NCBI GenBank assembly: GCA_017545505.1
Contig: JAFWNB010000003.1
Span: forward strand, 76,830-140,829
From: Candidatus Saccharimonadota bacterium
Lineage (GTDB): Bacteria > Patescibacteriota > Saccharimonadia > Saccharimonadales > Saccharimonadaceae
Reading direction: 5' to 3'
Length of the DNA: 64,000 bases
Part shown: positions 1 through 10,589 of the stretch, one piece after another
Layout of the letters: the number at the start of each line of letters is the position of its first letter
Numbering within the stretch: position 1 is the first letter of the stretch
Position numbers and translations under genes: made by a program
Notes under the pieces: model-generated
What the model was told of the DNA's origin: nothing
The model's database searches: none
Seen by the model: the letters and a program-made list of their open reading frames with translations, nothing else

Positions 1-1659
1 ACTATTAGTACAACTGCCAGTATCCGTATCTACTTTATTTACGGTTACCTTACCCTTAATGCCAGTATTTGTAAATGCTAATCGAGCTGAATCGCCAGCC
101 AAAGTAACTTCTTTAGAAGGCGTATCAATCGTATATCCAACACTTACGGATGCTTCACGAACTTCGTATTTTCCATAAGGAAGATTATCAAACTCAACCC
201 CACAAGCGTTATTTGATATAGCCGAAATCGTTTTAGAAACGATTTTGGCGCCATTCGCAATCTTATTACCACCATATTTAATTTCTCCGCCCGTTTTATT
301 ATAAATATCAAATACTGTTCCGACTAATGATGCATTACCATTAGCTGCACAAGAACCAAGATCCTTGTCGGTTTTACTGATAATTATTTTACCCTTCTTA
401 GGCGCGTTTGAGAAAGACACAGAAGCAGAGGCCCCAGAAAGCGTTACTGTCTTATCGGTGTCACCAGTATATCCCGTCGCCACAGAACTCTCCCTTATAG
501 TATATGTTCCATATGGCAAATCAGAAAATTCAACTGAACAATTTGGGCTTGTCAATGTCTTAGCATCACCAATTGTCCCTCCATTAGGAATAGACTCGTT
601 GCCATATTTGACGGGGCCACCAGTGCTGTTTATGAGCGTAAATGCCGTGCCATCATACGAAAGAGAACCAGTCGTAGTACAAGTACCAGTGTCGGCGTCA
701 ATCTTATTTACGGTAATTTTACCCTTGATTGGGGCATTAGATAAAGTAATAGTTAAATTCGGTATGTTCATAACTACGCTTTTATCCGTATCTTTAGTGT
801 ATCCAGTTGCGGCGACAGTTTCTCTCACTGTGTAATTACCGTAAGGAACATTTTCAAATACTACGCCACAAGTACCAGCCGCAATTGATTTTGTACTAAT
901 TGTATTCCCGCTAGCATCGAGCAAGGCAAACGTGGTGCCATTGAGCGAAAGATTAGAAGTAGTTGTAGTACAGCTATTAGTATCAGCATCTACTTTATTC
1001 ACTGTTAAGGTACCAGTAGTAGGAGCTTCGATCCACATAATGCGCTGATTACCATCATTATTGGTGGTAATATAAAGCTTGTACTGGCTCGCCTCCTGCC
1101 AAACAGAATCATTTGCTATGATAAGATCCCCAAGCTGACCATATACAGCCTCGAGCCAGACTACTCTAGCCGGTTCCAAACCAGATGTATCAGTCTTGTT
1201 TGTATTTAGCCACCCCACAAACGCGTGTACGTAAGCGAATCGATCATCAGGATCTGGTGTATCTTGAAACATACCGTTAATAATATTTTGATTAGAAGGA
1301 GTATTGACGAAAAAGATATAGAGCATTAATTTAATATATTGAAAATCACCAACATTGTATCTTTCTTCGGCGCCATATGACACGTTTAATTCCGGAGTAT
1401 TCATCTTTGGATCGGCACAAACACCCTGAAAATATGAATCACCTGATTTAATTGTAAATCTATTAGTAGACCACCCTCCATATTCAATCCTAGGCCCTAT
1501 TCCCGCAACCTGAACGGAGCCCCCAGTGCTAGGCGTGTTAGCACTAACCTTATTTTGAACATGTTTTATAATGGCAAACATCGCCAAGCCAGCCAAAACA
1601 AAACCGACAAAAACAAGAAGAGCACGTTTCAATAAACCTTTTCGACTCAAAACAAACAT
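1..1659 (-). CDS. Large secreted/surface protein with tandem SpaA/Cna-B (prealbumin-like) repeats; runs off the left edge
   Basis: Not in the ORF track. Manual translation from ATG 1659 (SD aaggaa): MFVLSRKGLLKRALLVFVGFVLAGLAMFAII (signal/TM), then ~100-aa repeats of G(K/T)(I/L)TVNK(I/V)DADT...GT.F.L...LPYG.Y.(V/I)RE...GY. The frame is open to base 1. Confidence 0.82.
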   Translation of the reverse strand, partial: MFVLSRKGLLKRALLVFVGFVLAGLAMFAIIKHVQNKVSANTPSTGGSVQVAGIGPRIEYGGWSTNRFTIKSGDSYFQGVCADPKMNTPELNVSYGAEERYNVGDFQYIKLMLYIFFVNTPSNQNIINGMFQDTPDPDDRFAYVHAFVGWLNTNKTDTSGLEPARVVWLEAVYGQLGDLIIANDSVWQEASQYKLYITTNNDGNQRIMWIEAPTTGTLTVNKVDADTNSCTTTTSNLSLNGTTFALLDASGNTISTKSIAAGTCGVVFENVPYGNYTVRETVAATGYTKDTDKSVVMNIPNLTITLSNAPIKGKITVNKIDADTGTCTTTGSLSYDGTAFTLINSTGGPVKYGNESIPNGGTIGDAKTLTSPNCSVEFSDLPYGTYTIRESSVATGYTGDTDKTVTLSGASASVSFSNAPKKGKIIISKTDKDLGSCAANGNASLVGTVFDIYNKTGGEIKYGGNKIANGAKIVSKTISAISNNACGVEFDNLPYGKYEVREASVSVGYTIDTPSKEVTLAGDSARLAFTNTGIKGKVTVNKVDTDTGSCTNS

Positions 1660-1705
1660 AATTATTCCTTCGTTTTTATATTTATTAATTATTTTTTTGT
1701 TTGTG

Positions 1706-1755
1706 TATAACTCTGACTCTACCCCATATTATACTTATGTTTAAATATTTGTCAA
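1706..1755 (-). promoter_or_regulatory. sigma70 promoter (TTGACA-16-TATAAT) plus 16-nt leader motif TAGAGTCAGAGTTATA
   Basis: -35 at 1750-1755, -10 at 1728-1733, motif at 1706-1721. The same arrangement occurs at 44886-44935. Confidence 0.7.
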
Positions 1756-1788
1756 GCCCAAATTTTGCGTTAAAAAAGACGCTTGAAT

Positions 1789-2028
1789 TCAAGCGTCTTC
1801 TTCCCACGGAGGAGTCTCTTTGTTAGTTGTATCCAATTTATCTATTGGATCTTCGTACACGACGGCATTTCTAAATTCTCTTGCCATTACAAAAATCGTT
1901 AATCCGATAAAAACAAACAGACAAATAAGCGGAACTAAAGTCCTGACCTTGCCAGCGATACGCAGGACAAATGTCACAACTGTCGCCCAAAGCGACAACA
2001 TATCGACAGTTAATAAAAACTTGTCCAT
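1789..2028 (-). CDS. Small two-TM hypothetical membrane protein
   Basis: 79 aa, strong SD (ggaggtg) upstream, two hydrophobic stretches, palindrome at the stop (~1771-1798). Confidence 0.6.
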   Translation of the reverse strand: MDKFLLTVDMLSLWATVVTFVLRIAGKVRTLVPLICLFVFIGLTIFVMAREFRNAVVYEDPIDKLDTTNKETPPWEEDA

Positions 2029-2230
2029 AGATTCACCTCCTTAATGTGCAAGTCCCCCATGTATTCTTTCATTTTAACCTTTTTTTATAAAAATGTCAAA
2101 TCGCGCCAAAATACGAAAAATAGCATAAATACTCTTTACAAGTTTATAAAAATAGTCTAAAATAGTAGGGTAGAGATTTGGAGCTGGTTTTTATTAGCGC
2201 TCCAAACATAATAATATAAAAGGAGAAAGA

Positions 2231-3412
2231 ATGGCAAATTTTGACCGTTCCAAACCACACATTAATGTGGGTACTATGGGTCACGTAGACCATGGTAAAA
2301 CTACTTTAACTGCGGCAATTACTAGCGTTCTCGCGAAAAACTTTCCGTCAGACGTAAACAAACCTGTCGCTTATGACCAAATCGATAACGCTCCAGAAGA
2401 AAAAGCACGTGGTATCACCATTGCTACTTCTCACCAGGAGTACGAATCCAGCAAACGCCACTACGCACACGTAGATATGCCAGGCCACGCCGATTACATC
2501 AAAAACATGATTACCGGTGCTGCCCAAATCGATGGCGCTATCCTCGTAGTAGCAGCAAACGATGGTGCTTTACCACAAACTAAAGAGCACATTCTCTTAG
2601 CTCGCCAGGTAAACGTACCTAAAATTATCGTTTTCCTAAACAAAATGGACCTCGCCGACCCAGAAATGGTTGAGCTCGTCGAAGAAGAAGTTCGCGACAT
2701 CCTAGAGAAAAACGGCTTCGATCGCAATTGTCCAATCATCCGCGGTTCTGCAACCAAAGCCCTCGAAGGTGACCCAGAAAACGAAAAGGCAGTAATGGAT
2801 CTTATTGACGCTATGGACGAATATTTCGATATCCCAGAGCACGATCTAGACAAACCATTCTTAATGCCAATCGAAGACGTCTTCTCAATCAAAGGTCGTG
2901 GTACCGTTGCTACTGGCCGTATCGAACAGGGCGTCGTCAAACTAAACGACGAAGTCGAAATCGTAGGTCTTCGTGACACCCAAAAATCAGTTGTTACCGG
3001 CATCGAAGCCTTCCATAAGACTTTGGATCAGGGTCAAGCTGGCGATAACGCTGGTTTACTACTTCGTGGTATCGAACGCGATCAAATCGAACGTGGTCAA
3101 GTAATTGCCAAACCTGGCACCATTACCCCACACACCGAATTTGAAGCCGAAGTTTACATCCTTAAGAAAGAGGAAGGTGGCCGCCACACTCCATTTTCTA
3201 AAGGTTACAAACCACAATTCTACTTCCGCACTACCGATGTTACTGGTGAAGTAGAACTTCCAGCTGACAAAGAAATCGTCATGCCTGGTGACCAAGTAAC
3301 CTTCAAGGTTAAACTCTTGGCTCCAGTCGCTATGAACGACCAAGATCGTTTCGCTATCCGCGAAGGTGGCAAAACCGTCGGCTCTGGTGTTATCACCAAA
3401 GTTATCAAGTAA
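2231..3412 (+). CDS. tuf: Elongation factor Tu
   Basis: [48 protein letters not shown]. Confidence 0.99.
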   Translation: MANFDRSKPHINVGTMGHVDHGKTTLTAAITSVLAKNFPSDVNKPVAYDQIDNAPEEKARGITIATSHQEYESSKRHYAHVDMPGHADYIKNMITGAAQIDGAILVVAANDGALPQTKEHILLARQVNVPKIIVFLNKMDLADPEMVELVEEEVRDILEKNGFDRNCPIIRGSATKALEGDPENEKAVMDLIDAMDEYFDIPEHDLDKPFLMPIEDVFSIKGRGTVATGRIEQGVVKLNDEVEIVGLRDTQKSVVTGIEAFHKTLDQGQAGDNAGLLLRGIERDQIERGQVIAKPGTITPHTEFEAEVYILKKEEGGRHTPFSKGYKPQFYFRTTDVTGEVELPADKEIVMPGDQVTFKVKLLAPVAMNDQDRFAIREGGKTVGSGVITKVIK

Positions 3413-3426
3413 TTTGATACTTAATT

Positions 3427-3456
3427 AAAAAATCTCCCCAAAAGGGGAGATTTTTT
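3427..3456. terminator. Bidirectional intrinsic terminator
   Basis: aaaaaatctcccc-aaaa-ggggagatttttt between convergent genes. Confidence 0.85.
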
Positions 3457-4324
3457 ATCTAATTTCTTCAAGATTTATCTTTTCACTTACAGGTTTTTCT
3501 AATTCTTCGGGATTAGACAAAAGATACTGCAACAAATCGGCGGATTTCGCAAAATAATAGCCATCCGCAATCCGTTCGTCAAAATTCATCCCCCATTCAC
3601 ACATCTTGCGTGTGGATTTTTTTCCATCTTCTATTATCTCTTCATCTCGTATCTCGCCCATCGTAAGTAGGGAAGACGAATTACCAAAATCCGTAATATT
3701 GTGATGAATTGCCCCACAACCAATTGAACCGAGATTCGATAAAATCATCGTACTATAATAAAGATTGTCTTCAATTAATGAGCTAGGCAAAATCCCTTTT
3801 TTATCGCACCATTTAAAAAGCCCAACAATCGGGACGCGAAGAATATTTGGAAGCTTTCCCAAAGTATCAATTGCAGAATTGGCCCCAGCTTTTTCGATAC
3901 CACCAGTTTTGCGATTGCGAAAACTATCGATCTTTTTCTTTATCTTATCGCCTAGCGTATAAATATTATCATTCTTTTCAATCGGAATCATTACCATCAT
4001 CTCTTCTGAATGATCGTCAAAACTCACTTTGGCTACAAATGACAAAACTATTTGCTCGTGCTCCCACAAGTGACGATTCGCTACAAAGTAATTAAGTTTT
4101 GGGCGATTATAAACGGTTTTCGCAATAGCCGTCAAAAAAGCATGAAAATAAGTAACACTTTCACCGGCTTTTTTCTTTTTTTCGATAAATTTTGACAGAT
4201 TGGTTAAATCCATCTTTTGATTAATATAAACATCACTCACGCTACGATTAGGTTTCAAATCAATGCTAATCTGCGCCATCCCAGTGACATTCTTTACCCT
4301 TCGGGCTCCTCCGTATTTCTTCAT
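3455..4324 (-). CDS. Stand-alone 2-oxoacid dehydrogenase E2-like (acyltransferase catalytic domain) protein
   Basis: ILSNLGSIG and FDERIADGYY motifs (E2 DHRxxDG equivalent). No lipoyl domain. Start revised to ATG 4324, 6 nt after TATAAT. Confidence 0.75.
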   Translation of the reverse strand: MKKYGGARRVKNVTGMAQISIDLKPNRSVSDVYINQKMDLTNLSKFIEKKKKAGESVTYFHAFLTAIAKTVYNRPKLNYFVANRHLWEHEQIVLSFVAKVSFDDHSEEMMVMIPIEKNDNIYTLGDKIKKKIDSFRNRKTGGIEKAGANSAIDTLGKLPNILRVPIVGLFKWCDKKGILPSSLIEDNLYYSTMILSNLGSIGCGAIHHNITDFGNSSSLLTMGEIRDEEIIEDGKKSTRKMCEWGMNFDERIADGYYFAKSADLLQYLLSNPEELEKPVSEKINLEEIR

Positions 4325-4464
4325 ATCACTATTATAACAAGAGACCAAAAAAGCCACTATCTTGTGTTTTTTAGTAATCTGTGATATAATATAGATATAA
4401 ATATCATTAATTATCAAATCCGAAAAACTCATGTCTTAGAGGTTATCGGATAAGAAAGGAAACT

Positions 4465-4791
4465 ATGGCTGAAGCCAAAAAACAAGAAGGTCTTAAAATT
4501 CGTATCCGCCTTAAGGCCTACGATCATCGCGTTATCGACCAAAGCGCAAGGCAAATTGTAGACACCGCTATCCGTACCGGTGCCTCCGTAAGTGGCCCAA
4601 TCCCACTTCCTACCAAACGCTCAACTTTTACAGTAGTTAAATCACCACACGTCTACAAAACTGGCGGCGAAGCATTTGAAATGAAAGTGCACAAACGCCT
4701 AATCGACATTTCCAATGCTACTCCAAAAACCATCGAGAGTCTCCAAAATCTCTCTTTACCTGCAGGCGTAGACGCCGAAATCAAGATGTAA
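4465..4791 (+). CDS. rpsJ: 30S ribosomal protein S10
   Basis: [36 protein letters not shown]. Confidence 0.98.
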   Translation: MAEAKKQEGLKIRIRLKAYDHRVIDQSARQIVDTAIRTGASVSGPIPLPTKRSTFTVVKSPHVYKTGGEAFEMKVHKRLIDISNATPKTIESLQNLSLPAGVDAEIKM

Positions 4792-4796
4792 TACAT

Positions 4797-4822
4797 AAAT
4801 CCCCCAAAAATGGGGGATTTTT
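4797..4822 (+). terminator. Intrinsic terminator after rpsJ
   Basis: aaatccccc-aaaaat-gggggattttt. Confidence 0.8.
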
Positions 4823-4836
4823 GATATAATAATTTT

Positions 4837-6108
4837 ATGAGCGTTGCTAGATTTAAGAAACGTTTTTATTTCGTGGTCGCAAACTATTTCCGACGTTTTG
4901 CAAACATGGCTTACAAAAGATGGCAACCTAGAGTAATTGCCGTAACTGGCTCAGCCGGTAAAACCACCATGATGACTATGTTAGAACACGAAATTGGCAA
5001 AAAAGCGCATTACTCACACGATGCCAACTCTGCTTTTGGTATTCCATTTGATATTCTTGGCTTAAAAGGTATTCGTGGCTCCAAAATTCGTTGGATTTGG
5101 CTAATCATTGCTGCGCCATTTAAAGGTTTATTTCACCGCCACAAAGAAGAGTTTTATATTGTTGAAATAGATGGTGAGCGCCCTCACGAAACCGAATTCC
5201 TCGCCGAATGGCTTAAACCAGAAGTAACCATCTGGGTATCAATCGGCCTTTCTCATGCCGTCCAATTCGAAAAAGAAGTCGAAAGTGGCAAATTCAAAAA
5301 TGTCAAAGAAGCTATCGTAGCAGAGTTTGCCAACCTTCCTGCTCACACCTCAAAAAGAGTCTATATTGATGCCGATTCAAAATACATGGTAGAAGCAACC
5401 TCAAATATTAAAGCTAAAGTTATCCCTATCAAAAAAGCCGAACTTAAAAAATACGTGGTATATCCAGATTCTACCGATTTTACCTACGGAGATACGACCT
5501 TCCATTTTAACCATCCAGAACCTAAAGATATTGCATTTAATCTTTTCGTAGTGCGCGATCTCATGAAATATCTCAAACTGAAATTTAATCCAGATTTTTC
5601 GGCAATGAAAATTGCCCCTGGACGTTGTTCATATTTTAGAGGTAAAAAGGGAATTAATATCATAGATAGTAGCTATAACGCTCACATGATTTCCATGACA
5701 TCAGTATTAGACATGGCAAAACGCATGCATGCCGAACATAAATGGCTTGTTATTGGCGACATCGTAGACCAAGGTTCGCTCGAAGAAGAAGAACATCGCA
5801 AATTAGCCAAACTAATTGCTGCAGTTAAACCAGAAAAAGTAATCCTAGTCGGAAAACGCACCAAAAAATATACCGCACCAGAGCTCAAAGAGCTCGGCGT
5901 ATCGGCTGTTGCCACCCTGGACCCCAAAAAAGCCCTTGAATATATTGAAAAAAATATCACCGGCAAGGAAACATTGCTCTTCAAAGGTAGTCAATATTTA
6001 GAATGGGTTATTGAAAAACTACTCTTAGATCCAAAAGACAGCAAAAAACTTTGTCGACGCGAAAAAGCAGCTGTCGCGCGTCGTAAAAGTTGGGGGCTAG
6101 ATTCATAA
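4837..6108 (+). CDS. Mur ligase family protein (MurF-like)
   Basis: VIAVTGSAGKTT P-loop, IIDSSYNA, LLFKGSQ C-terminal motif. Confidence 0.8.
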   Translation: MSVARFKKRFYFVVANYFRRFANMAYKRWQPRVIAVTGSAGKTTMMTMLEHEIGKKAHYSHDANSAFGIPFDILGLKGIRGSKIRWIWLIIAAPFKGLFHRHKEEFYIVEIDGERPHETEFLAEWLKPEVTIWVSIGLSHAVQFEKEVESGKFKNVKEAIVAEFANLPAHTSKRVYIDADSKYMVEATSNIKAKVIPIKKAELKKYVVYPDSTDFTYGDTTFHFNHPEPKDIAFNLFVVRDLMKYLKLKFNPDFSAMKIAPGRCSYFRGKKGINIIDSSYNAHMISMTSVLDMAKRMHAEHKWLVIGDIVDQGSLEEEEHRKLAKLIAAVKPEKVILVGKRTKKYTAPELKELGVSAVATLDPKKALEYIEKNITGKETLLFKGSQYLEWVIEKLLLDPKDSKKLCRREKAAVARRKSWGLDS

Positions 6109-6125
6109 ATGAAAGGAGGTGGAAA

Positions 6126-6806
6126 ATGGCAGATTTATACATAATCCATGGCTGGACATATACCATAGAACCATGGAAACAAACTCTTGAAAAGCTCCGC
6201 GACAAAGGAATCAGCGTCAAAATGCTAAAAGTCCCAGGACTAACCTCTGAATCGAAAAAAACCTACACTATCGACGACTACGTCAAATGGGCAAATCAAG
6301 AAATACCAGATGGCGCCATAGCGCTTGGCCACTCCAATGGCGGGCGAATACTTCTAAACCTCTGTGCAAAAAAACCAGATAAACTGAAGTATTTAATTTT
6401 GCTTGATTCGGCTGGCATTTACGAACCTACCACCAAGAAAAAAATCGTCAGTTTTCTCGCTAAAATCGGAAAACCATTAAAGAAAATACCAATTATTAAC
6501 AAAGTTTTTCATAAAGTCACTGGCTCCACTGATTATTCGCGCGCTCCCGAAAACATGAAAAAAACTTTAACCAATATGCTAGAATCAGATAAAAATCTTG
6601 ATTTTAGCAAAATTACTACAAAGACCTTTATCCTCTGGGGCAAGAATGACACCATCACGCCGCCCCATCAAGCAACTAAAATATACGAACAATTAGAAAA
6701 CGCCGAACTTAAATTTTACTCAAATTGGACACATGCTCCATATATTTCTAGCCCAGACGAACTAGCTCGCGCTCTCGTGGCATTAGTAGAAAGGCTCAAA
6801 AAATGA
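6126..6806 (+). CDS. Alpha/beta hydrolase
   Basis: IIHGW, GHSNGG nucleophile elbow, WGKND, THAP. Start at ATG 6126 after ggaggtg. Confidence 0.85.
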   Translation: MADLYIIHGWTYTIEPWKQTLEKLRDKGISVKMLKVPGLTSESKKTYTIDDYVKWANQEIPDGAIALGHSNGGRILLNLCAKKPDKLKYLILLDSAGIYEPTTKKKIVSFLAKIGKPLKKIPIINKVFHKVTGSTDYSRAPENMKKTLTNMLESDKNLDFSKITTKTFILWGKNDTITPPHQATKIYEQLENAELKFYSNWTHAPYISSPDELARALVALVERLKK

Positions 6807-7906
6807 AACGATTCTTTTTGGGTTTAGCAGCAAATTATAGTAAGGAGGATCGCCGCTCCCAATTATTTAGCCTCGGCCGTAAAGAAGACTTAAAGGATCT
6901 AGAACACTTCTTACTTCGTAAATATAACGGCGAGCGCGCAATTTTAACTAAAAATGGTCGCTCAGCCTTAACGCTTGCCCTCAAAGCATATTTTAATAAA
7001 GGAGATAAGATCCTAGTAAACGGATTTACTTGCTATGCGGTTTACGAAGCAGTAAAAGCCGCCGACCTTGATCCGGTTTTCGTTGATATTAATAAAGACG
7101 ACTTAAACTTTGACATAGAAACGTTAAATAAGATTTCCGACCCCGCAATAAAAGGCATCATAATTCAAAACACCCTCGGATTCCCAGTAGATATCGCAGC
7201 GATAGAACAATTTGCTAAAAAACATGATTTAGTTATCATCGAAGATCTTGCGCACTGCGCCGGCGTCAAATACCAAGACGGCAGAGAAGCTGGTACAGTT
7301 GGTGCAGCTGCAGTATTATCTTTTGGTAAAGATAAATCAATAGACACAGTTTCTGGTGGAGCAGTAGTATTACGTCACCCCTGTCAAAACAAGATTACGG
7401 CGCCTAGCAAATCCCCGAAACTATCCGACCATCTTCGAGCTAGATTCTACCCTACTTTTGGTGCCATTTGTCGCGTACTTACACATGTACACCTCGGTGG
7501 CATATTAATGAAATGCTTAGTTAAAATCCACTGGGTAGAAAAATCTGCTGATAATAAACTGGATATTAGCCGAAAACCCAGTAAATTTGAAGCCAGAAGA
7601 GCTCTTATTCAAATTAAAAGCCTTAATAAATCCGGCGAAAAACCAATTCGCGAATTCTATCTAGTTAAGAATCGTGACGAAGTTCTAAAAAAACTTAAAA
7701 AATCAGGATTTTATTTTGATGGTTTTTGGTATGAGAAACCTATTTCGCCTGCCAGATACTATCAAAAAACTAATTTTCCAGAAGAAGAGTGTAAAAACGC
7801 AGTCTACATCTCAGAGCACATCATTAATCTACCAACTTATTACAGAAAAAATAATCTTAAAAAAGCTCGCGAAATAATAGAAAAACATTTGGAGGATCAA
7901 GCATGA
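6803..7906 (+). CDS. DegT/DnrJ/EryC1/StrS-family PLP aminotransferase
   Basis: NGRSAL, IIEDLAH, SFGKDK (PLP lysine), INLPT. Confidence 0.85.
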   Translation: MKRFFLGLAANYSKEDRRSQLFSLGRKEDLKDLEHFLLRKYNGERAILTKNGRSALTLALKAYFNKGDKILVNGFTCYAVYEAVKAADLDPVFVDINKDDLNFDIETLNKISDPAIKGIIIQNTLGFPVDIAAIEQFAKKHDLVIIEDLAHCAGVKYQDGREAGTVGAAAVLSFGKDKSIDTVSGGAVVLRHPCQNKITAPSKSPKLSDHLRARFYPTFGAICRVLTHVHLGGILMKCLVKIHWVEKSADNKLDISRKPSKFEARRALIQIKSLNKSGEKPIREFYLVKNRDEVLKKLKKSGFYFDGFWYEKPISPARYYQKTNFPEEECKNAVYISEHIINLPTYYRKNNLKKAREIIEKHLEDQA

Positions 7907-8874
7907 ATTGGCCGAAAATTATCAAAAATTTTCCTGAAGCAAACTTCCTTCAGTCGCCCAATTATGCAAAAATGAATTCTTCTCTTAATAATAAAGTTAT
8001 AACAGAAGAAATAGAAGATGGTTCCGGCTACGCACTAATGATTGTACGTAATGCTAAACGCGGTCGCTATCTAGAAATTCCATGTGGACCATTAATTAAT
8101 TGGCAGGACCAAAAAACAATTAAAAAAACAATTTCAAAAATCACAGAAATAGCCAAACGTGAAAAATGTGTCTTTGTACGTATGCGTCCACAACTACCAG
8201 CCACTAAAGAAAATTTGAAGCTATTGGAGAATATAGGTCTAAAAAAATCCCCAATGCATCTTGCAGCCGAACACACCGTAATGATAGATTTAAAAAAATC
8301 AGAGGACGAATTACTTGCCAATATGCGACGCCAAACTCGTTACGAAGTTCGTCGCGCCGACAAGTTAAACATTAGAGTCGAAAACTCTAATTCTGAAGAA
8401 TTATTCAAAGAATTTCATAAAATCCAAGTCGCAACTGCCAAGCGTCAAAAGTTTATACCACCAGATTTAAAAACCCTTCTAGCCGAAAGAGAATCGCTTA
8501 ATTCTACGATATATGTCGCAAAAACCGAAGATAACCAGCCAATTGCGTACGGATTAATCATTAAAGAAGGAAAAGAAGGGGATTATTACGAGGCTGCTTC
8601 TACCGATTTAAATCGTAAGCTTCCAGGAGCTTATGCCCTACTTTGGCAAGTCATCAAAGATCTCAAAAAAGAAGGTTATGAAAGATTCAATCTATGGGGA
8701 ATCGCTCCCGCAAACCAGCCAAATCACCGCTATGCTGGCGTAACAACGTTTAAAACAGGTTTTGGCGGTGAAATAATCGAATATGTACCAGCACACGATT
8801 TAGTTATTTCAAAAATCAAATATCTTAAAAATCTTGCGGTGGAAACAGTGCGCAAGAAAAAGAGGCATTTATGA
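7903..8874 (+). CDS. FemABX/MurM-family peptidoglycan bridge aminoacyltransferase
   Basis: NFLQS, GP, FVRMRP, RRQTRYEVRRA, FNLWGI, FKTGFGG. Confidence 0.85.
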   Translation: MNWPKIIKNFPEANFLQSPNYAKMNSSLNNKVITEEIEDGSGYALMIVRNAKRGRYLEIPCGPLINWQDQKTIKKTISKITEIAKREKCVFVRMRPQLPATKENLKLLENIGLKKSPMHLAAEHTVMIDLKKSEDELLANMRRQTRYEVRRADKLNIRVENSNSEELFKEFHKIQVATAKRQKFIPPDLKTLLAERESLNSTIYVAKTEDNQPIAYGLIIKEGKEGDYYEAASTDLNRKLPGAYALLWQVIKDLKKEGYERFNLWGIAPANQPNHRYAGVTTFKTGFGGEIIEYVPAHDLVISKIKYLKNLAVETVRKKKRHL

Positions 8875-9890
8875 AAATTGAAACAATCACGAATCAAAAC
8901 AATTGGGATACTTTTATAAAGTCGCACCATGAATCCAATTTTTTGCAATCATGGGATTTTTATGAGTTTCATGCAATGCGTGGCAAAACCATTATTCGTC
9001 GCGCAGCCCTAAACGACGAAGGAGAAATCATGGCAGCCTACGCTGGTGTAATAGAAACCGCCAAACGTGGGCGCTATTTGGCAATCGCCGGTGGTCCAAT
9101 TATGGATTGGCAAAACAAATCTCTAGTTAAAGATATTTTTGCGGACATAAAAAAGCAAGGCCAAGAAAATGATTGTGTCTTTGTGCGCGTTAGACCGCAA
9201 CTAGAATTATCGCCGGAATCATTAGAATTAATGAAAAAACTAGGCCTTAAAAAGGCCCCTATGTATCTCTCGGTTGAATATGCCGGCATCTTAGATTTAA
9301 ACAAAACCGAAGAAGAGATCTTAGCTGGCGCCTCTCAAGGTTTTCGCCGCAAGCTCAGAAAAGCTAAAAAAGCCGAAATCACTATAGAAACTTCTTCGGA
9401 TCCCAAAATAGTTAAAACATTTTATAATCTAGAAGTTAAACATGCGAAACGCCAAGGGTTTGTCGCTTTCTCTGAAGATTTTTTGACCAAACAATTTACC
9501 GCTTTCGCCAAAAACAATGAAGTTTTAATGTATACCGCCAAAAAAGACGGAGAAATACTAGCTCAAAACTTTATAATTTTTTATGGCCCCGAAGCCAGCT
9601 ATCATTATGGCGTGTCATCTGATCTTGGCACCAAGTATTCCGCTGCCCCACTCCTTCATATTAAAGCCATGGCGGAGGCCAGGGAACGTGGTTGCACTCG
9701 TTACAACCTCTGGGGGATTGTTGGTCTAGAAGAAAAATCGCATCGCTTTTATGGTGTCTCGGAGTTTAAACGCTCATTTGGATGCGAGGAGCTTAAATAT
9801 ACCCCAGCCCATGATTTAGTGTTGAAGCCCACTAAATATCAAATTACAAAACTAGTTGAAAGTACCCGTAAAAAAATCCGACATGTCTAA
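8871..9890 (+). CDS. FemABX/MurM-family peptidoglycan bridge aminoacyltransferase (paralog 2)
   Basis: NFLQSW, GGP, FVRVRP, YNLWGI, FKRSFG. Confidence 0.85.
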   Translation: MKIETITNQNNWDTFIKSHHESNFLQSWDFYEFHAMRGKTIIRRAALNDEGEIMAAYAGVIETAKRGRYLAIAGGPIMDWQNKSLVKDIFADIKKQGQENDCVFVRVRPQLELSPESLELMKKLGLKKAPMYLSVEYAGILDLNKTEEEILAGASQGFRRKLRKAKKAEITIETSSDPKIVKTFYNLEVKHAKRQGFVAFSEDFLTKQFTAFAKNNEVLMYTAKKDGEILAQNFIIFYGPEASYHYGVSSDLGTKYSAAPLLHIKAMAEARERGCTRYNLWGIVGLEEKSHRFYGVSEFKRSFGCEELKYTPAHDLVLKPTKYQITKLVESTRKKIRHV

Positions 9891-9930
9891 CAATGTGCTA
9901 TAATAAGCATAAGTAATATAAAGGATTTTT

Positions 9931-10554
9931 ATGGCACATATAAATAGAAGATTTATTGATAAACATTGGTTTATCTTTATTATTCGCGGCGTATTGGCCG
10001 GAATTTTTGGCTTTATCGCCTTATTTGGCGGCATGGCCGACGTAGAAAACATGATTGCAATTATTAGTCTCTTCTTGTTATTTATGGGGATTATTGACTC
10101 TGCCGGTGCACTATATAATTCTACAAAGAAGCATGGTTGGATCAACTCCATCATCGACGCCGTCATAGATGTTGCCGCTGCATTATTATTACTTTTCCTT
10201 GCGCAAGGAAACCTAGTATTTGGTTTAATGATTCTATCAGTCTATACCGTCTTGTCCGGTGTTATAGATATCTTTCACGGCTTTCTCTCGACCACCGATC
10301 CGACCGACCGTTTTATTCGTATCCTCGCCGGCGTCTGTGGCTGTATTATGGGTGCCGTAATCGTCAATGCTGGTAACTTTGAAGTATCTACCTTTATTCG
10401 CTTCTTTGGTGCATATATGCTAATTGTGGGCGTTACTAGCATGATTTATGGCGTTCATAATCGCGCCCAAAATATTGAAGACAAAATTGCTAGAAAAGAA
10501 GCGCGTACAAAACTTCCGAAAAAAACTAAGAAATCATCCAGAAAATCTAGATAA
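9931..10554 (+). CDS. DUF308/HdeD-like membrane protein
   Basis: Six hydrophobic segments, RG.LA.IFG N-terminal pattern, basic tail. Confidence 0.65.
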   Translation: MAHINRRFIDKHWFIFIIRGVLAGIFGFIALFGGMADVENMIAIISLFLLFMGIIDSAGALYNSTKKHGWINSIIDAVIDVAAALLLLFLAQGNLVFGLMILSVYTVLSGVIDIFHGFLSTTDPTDRFIRILAGVCGCIMGAVIVNAGNFEVSTFIRFFGAYMLIVGVTSMIYGVHNRAQNIEDKIARKEARTKLPKKTKKSSRKSR

Positions 10555-10589
10555 ATTATGTTATAATTAAGGCTCAAGGAGATCTTATT

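Noticed and set aside
365-835. 156-aa plus-strand ORF from the track
   Set aside because: It is the antisense shadow of the real minus-strand repeat protein (1-1659), which has a promoter, SD and signal peptide.
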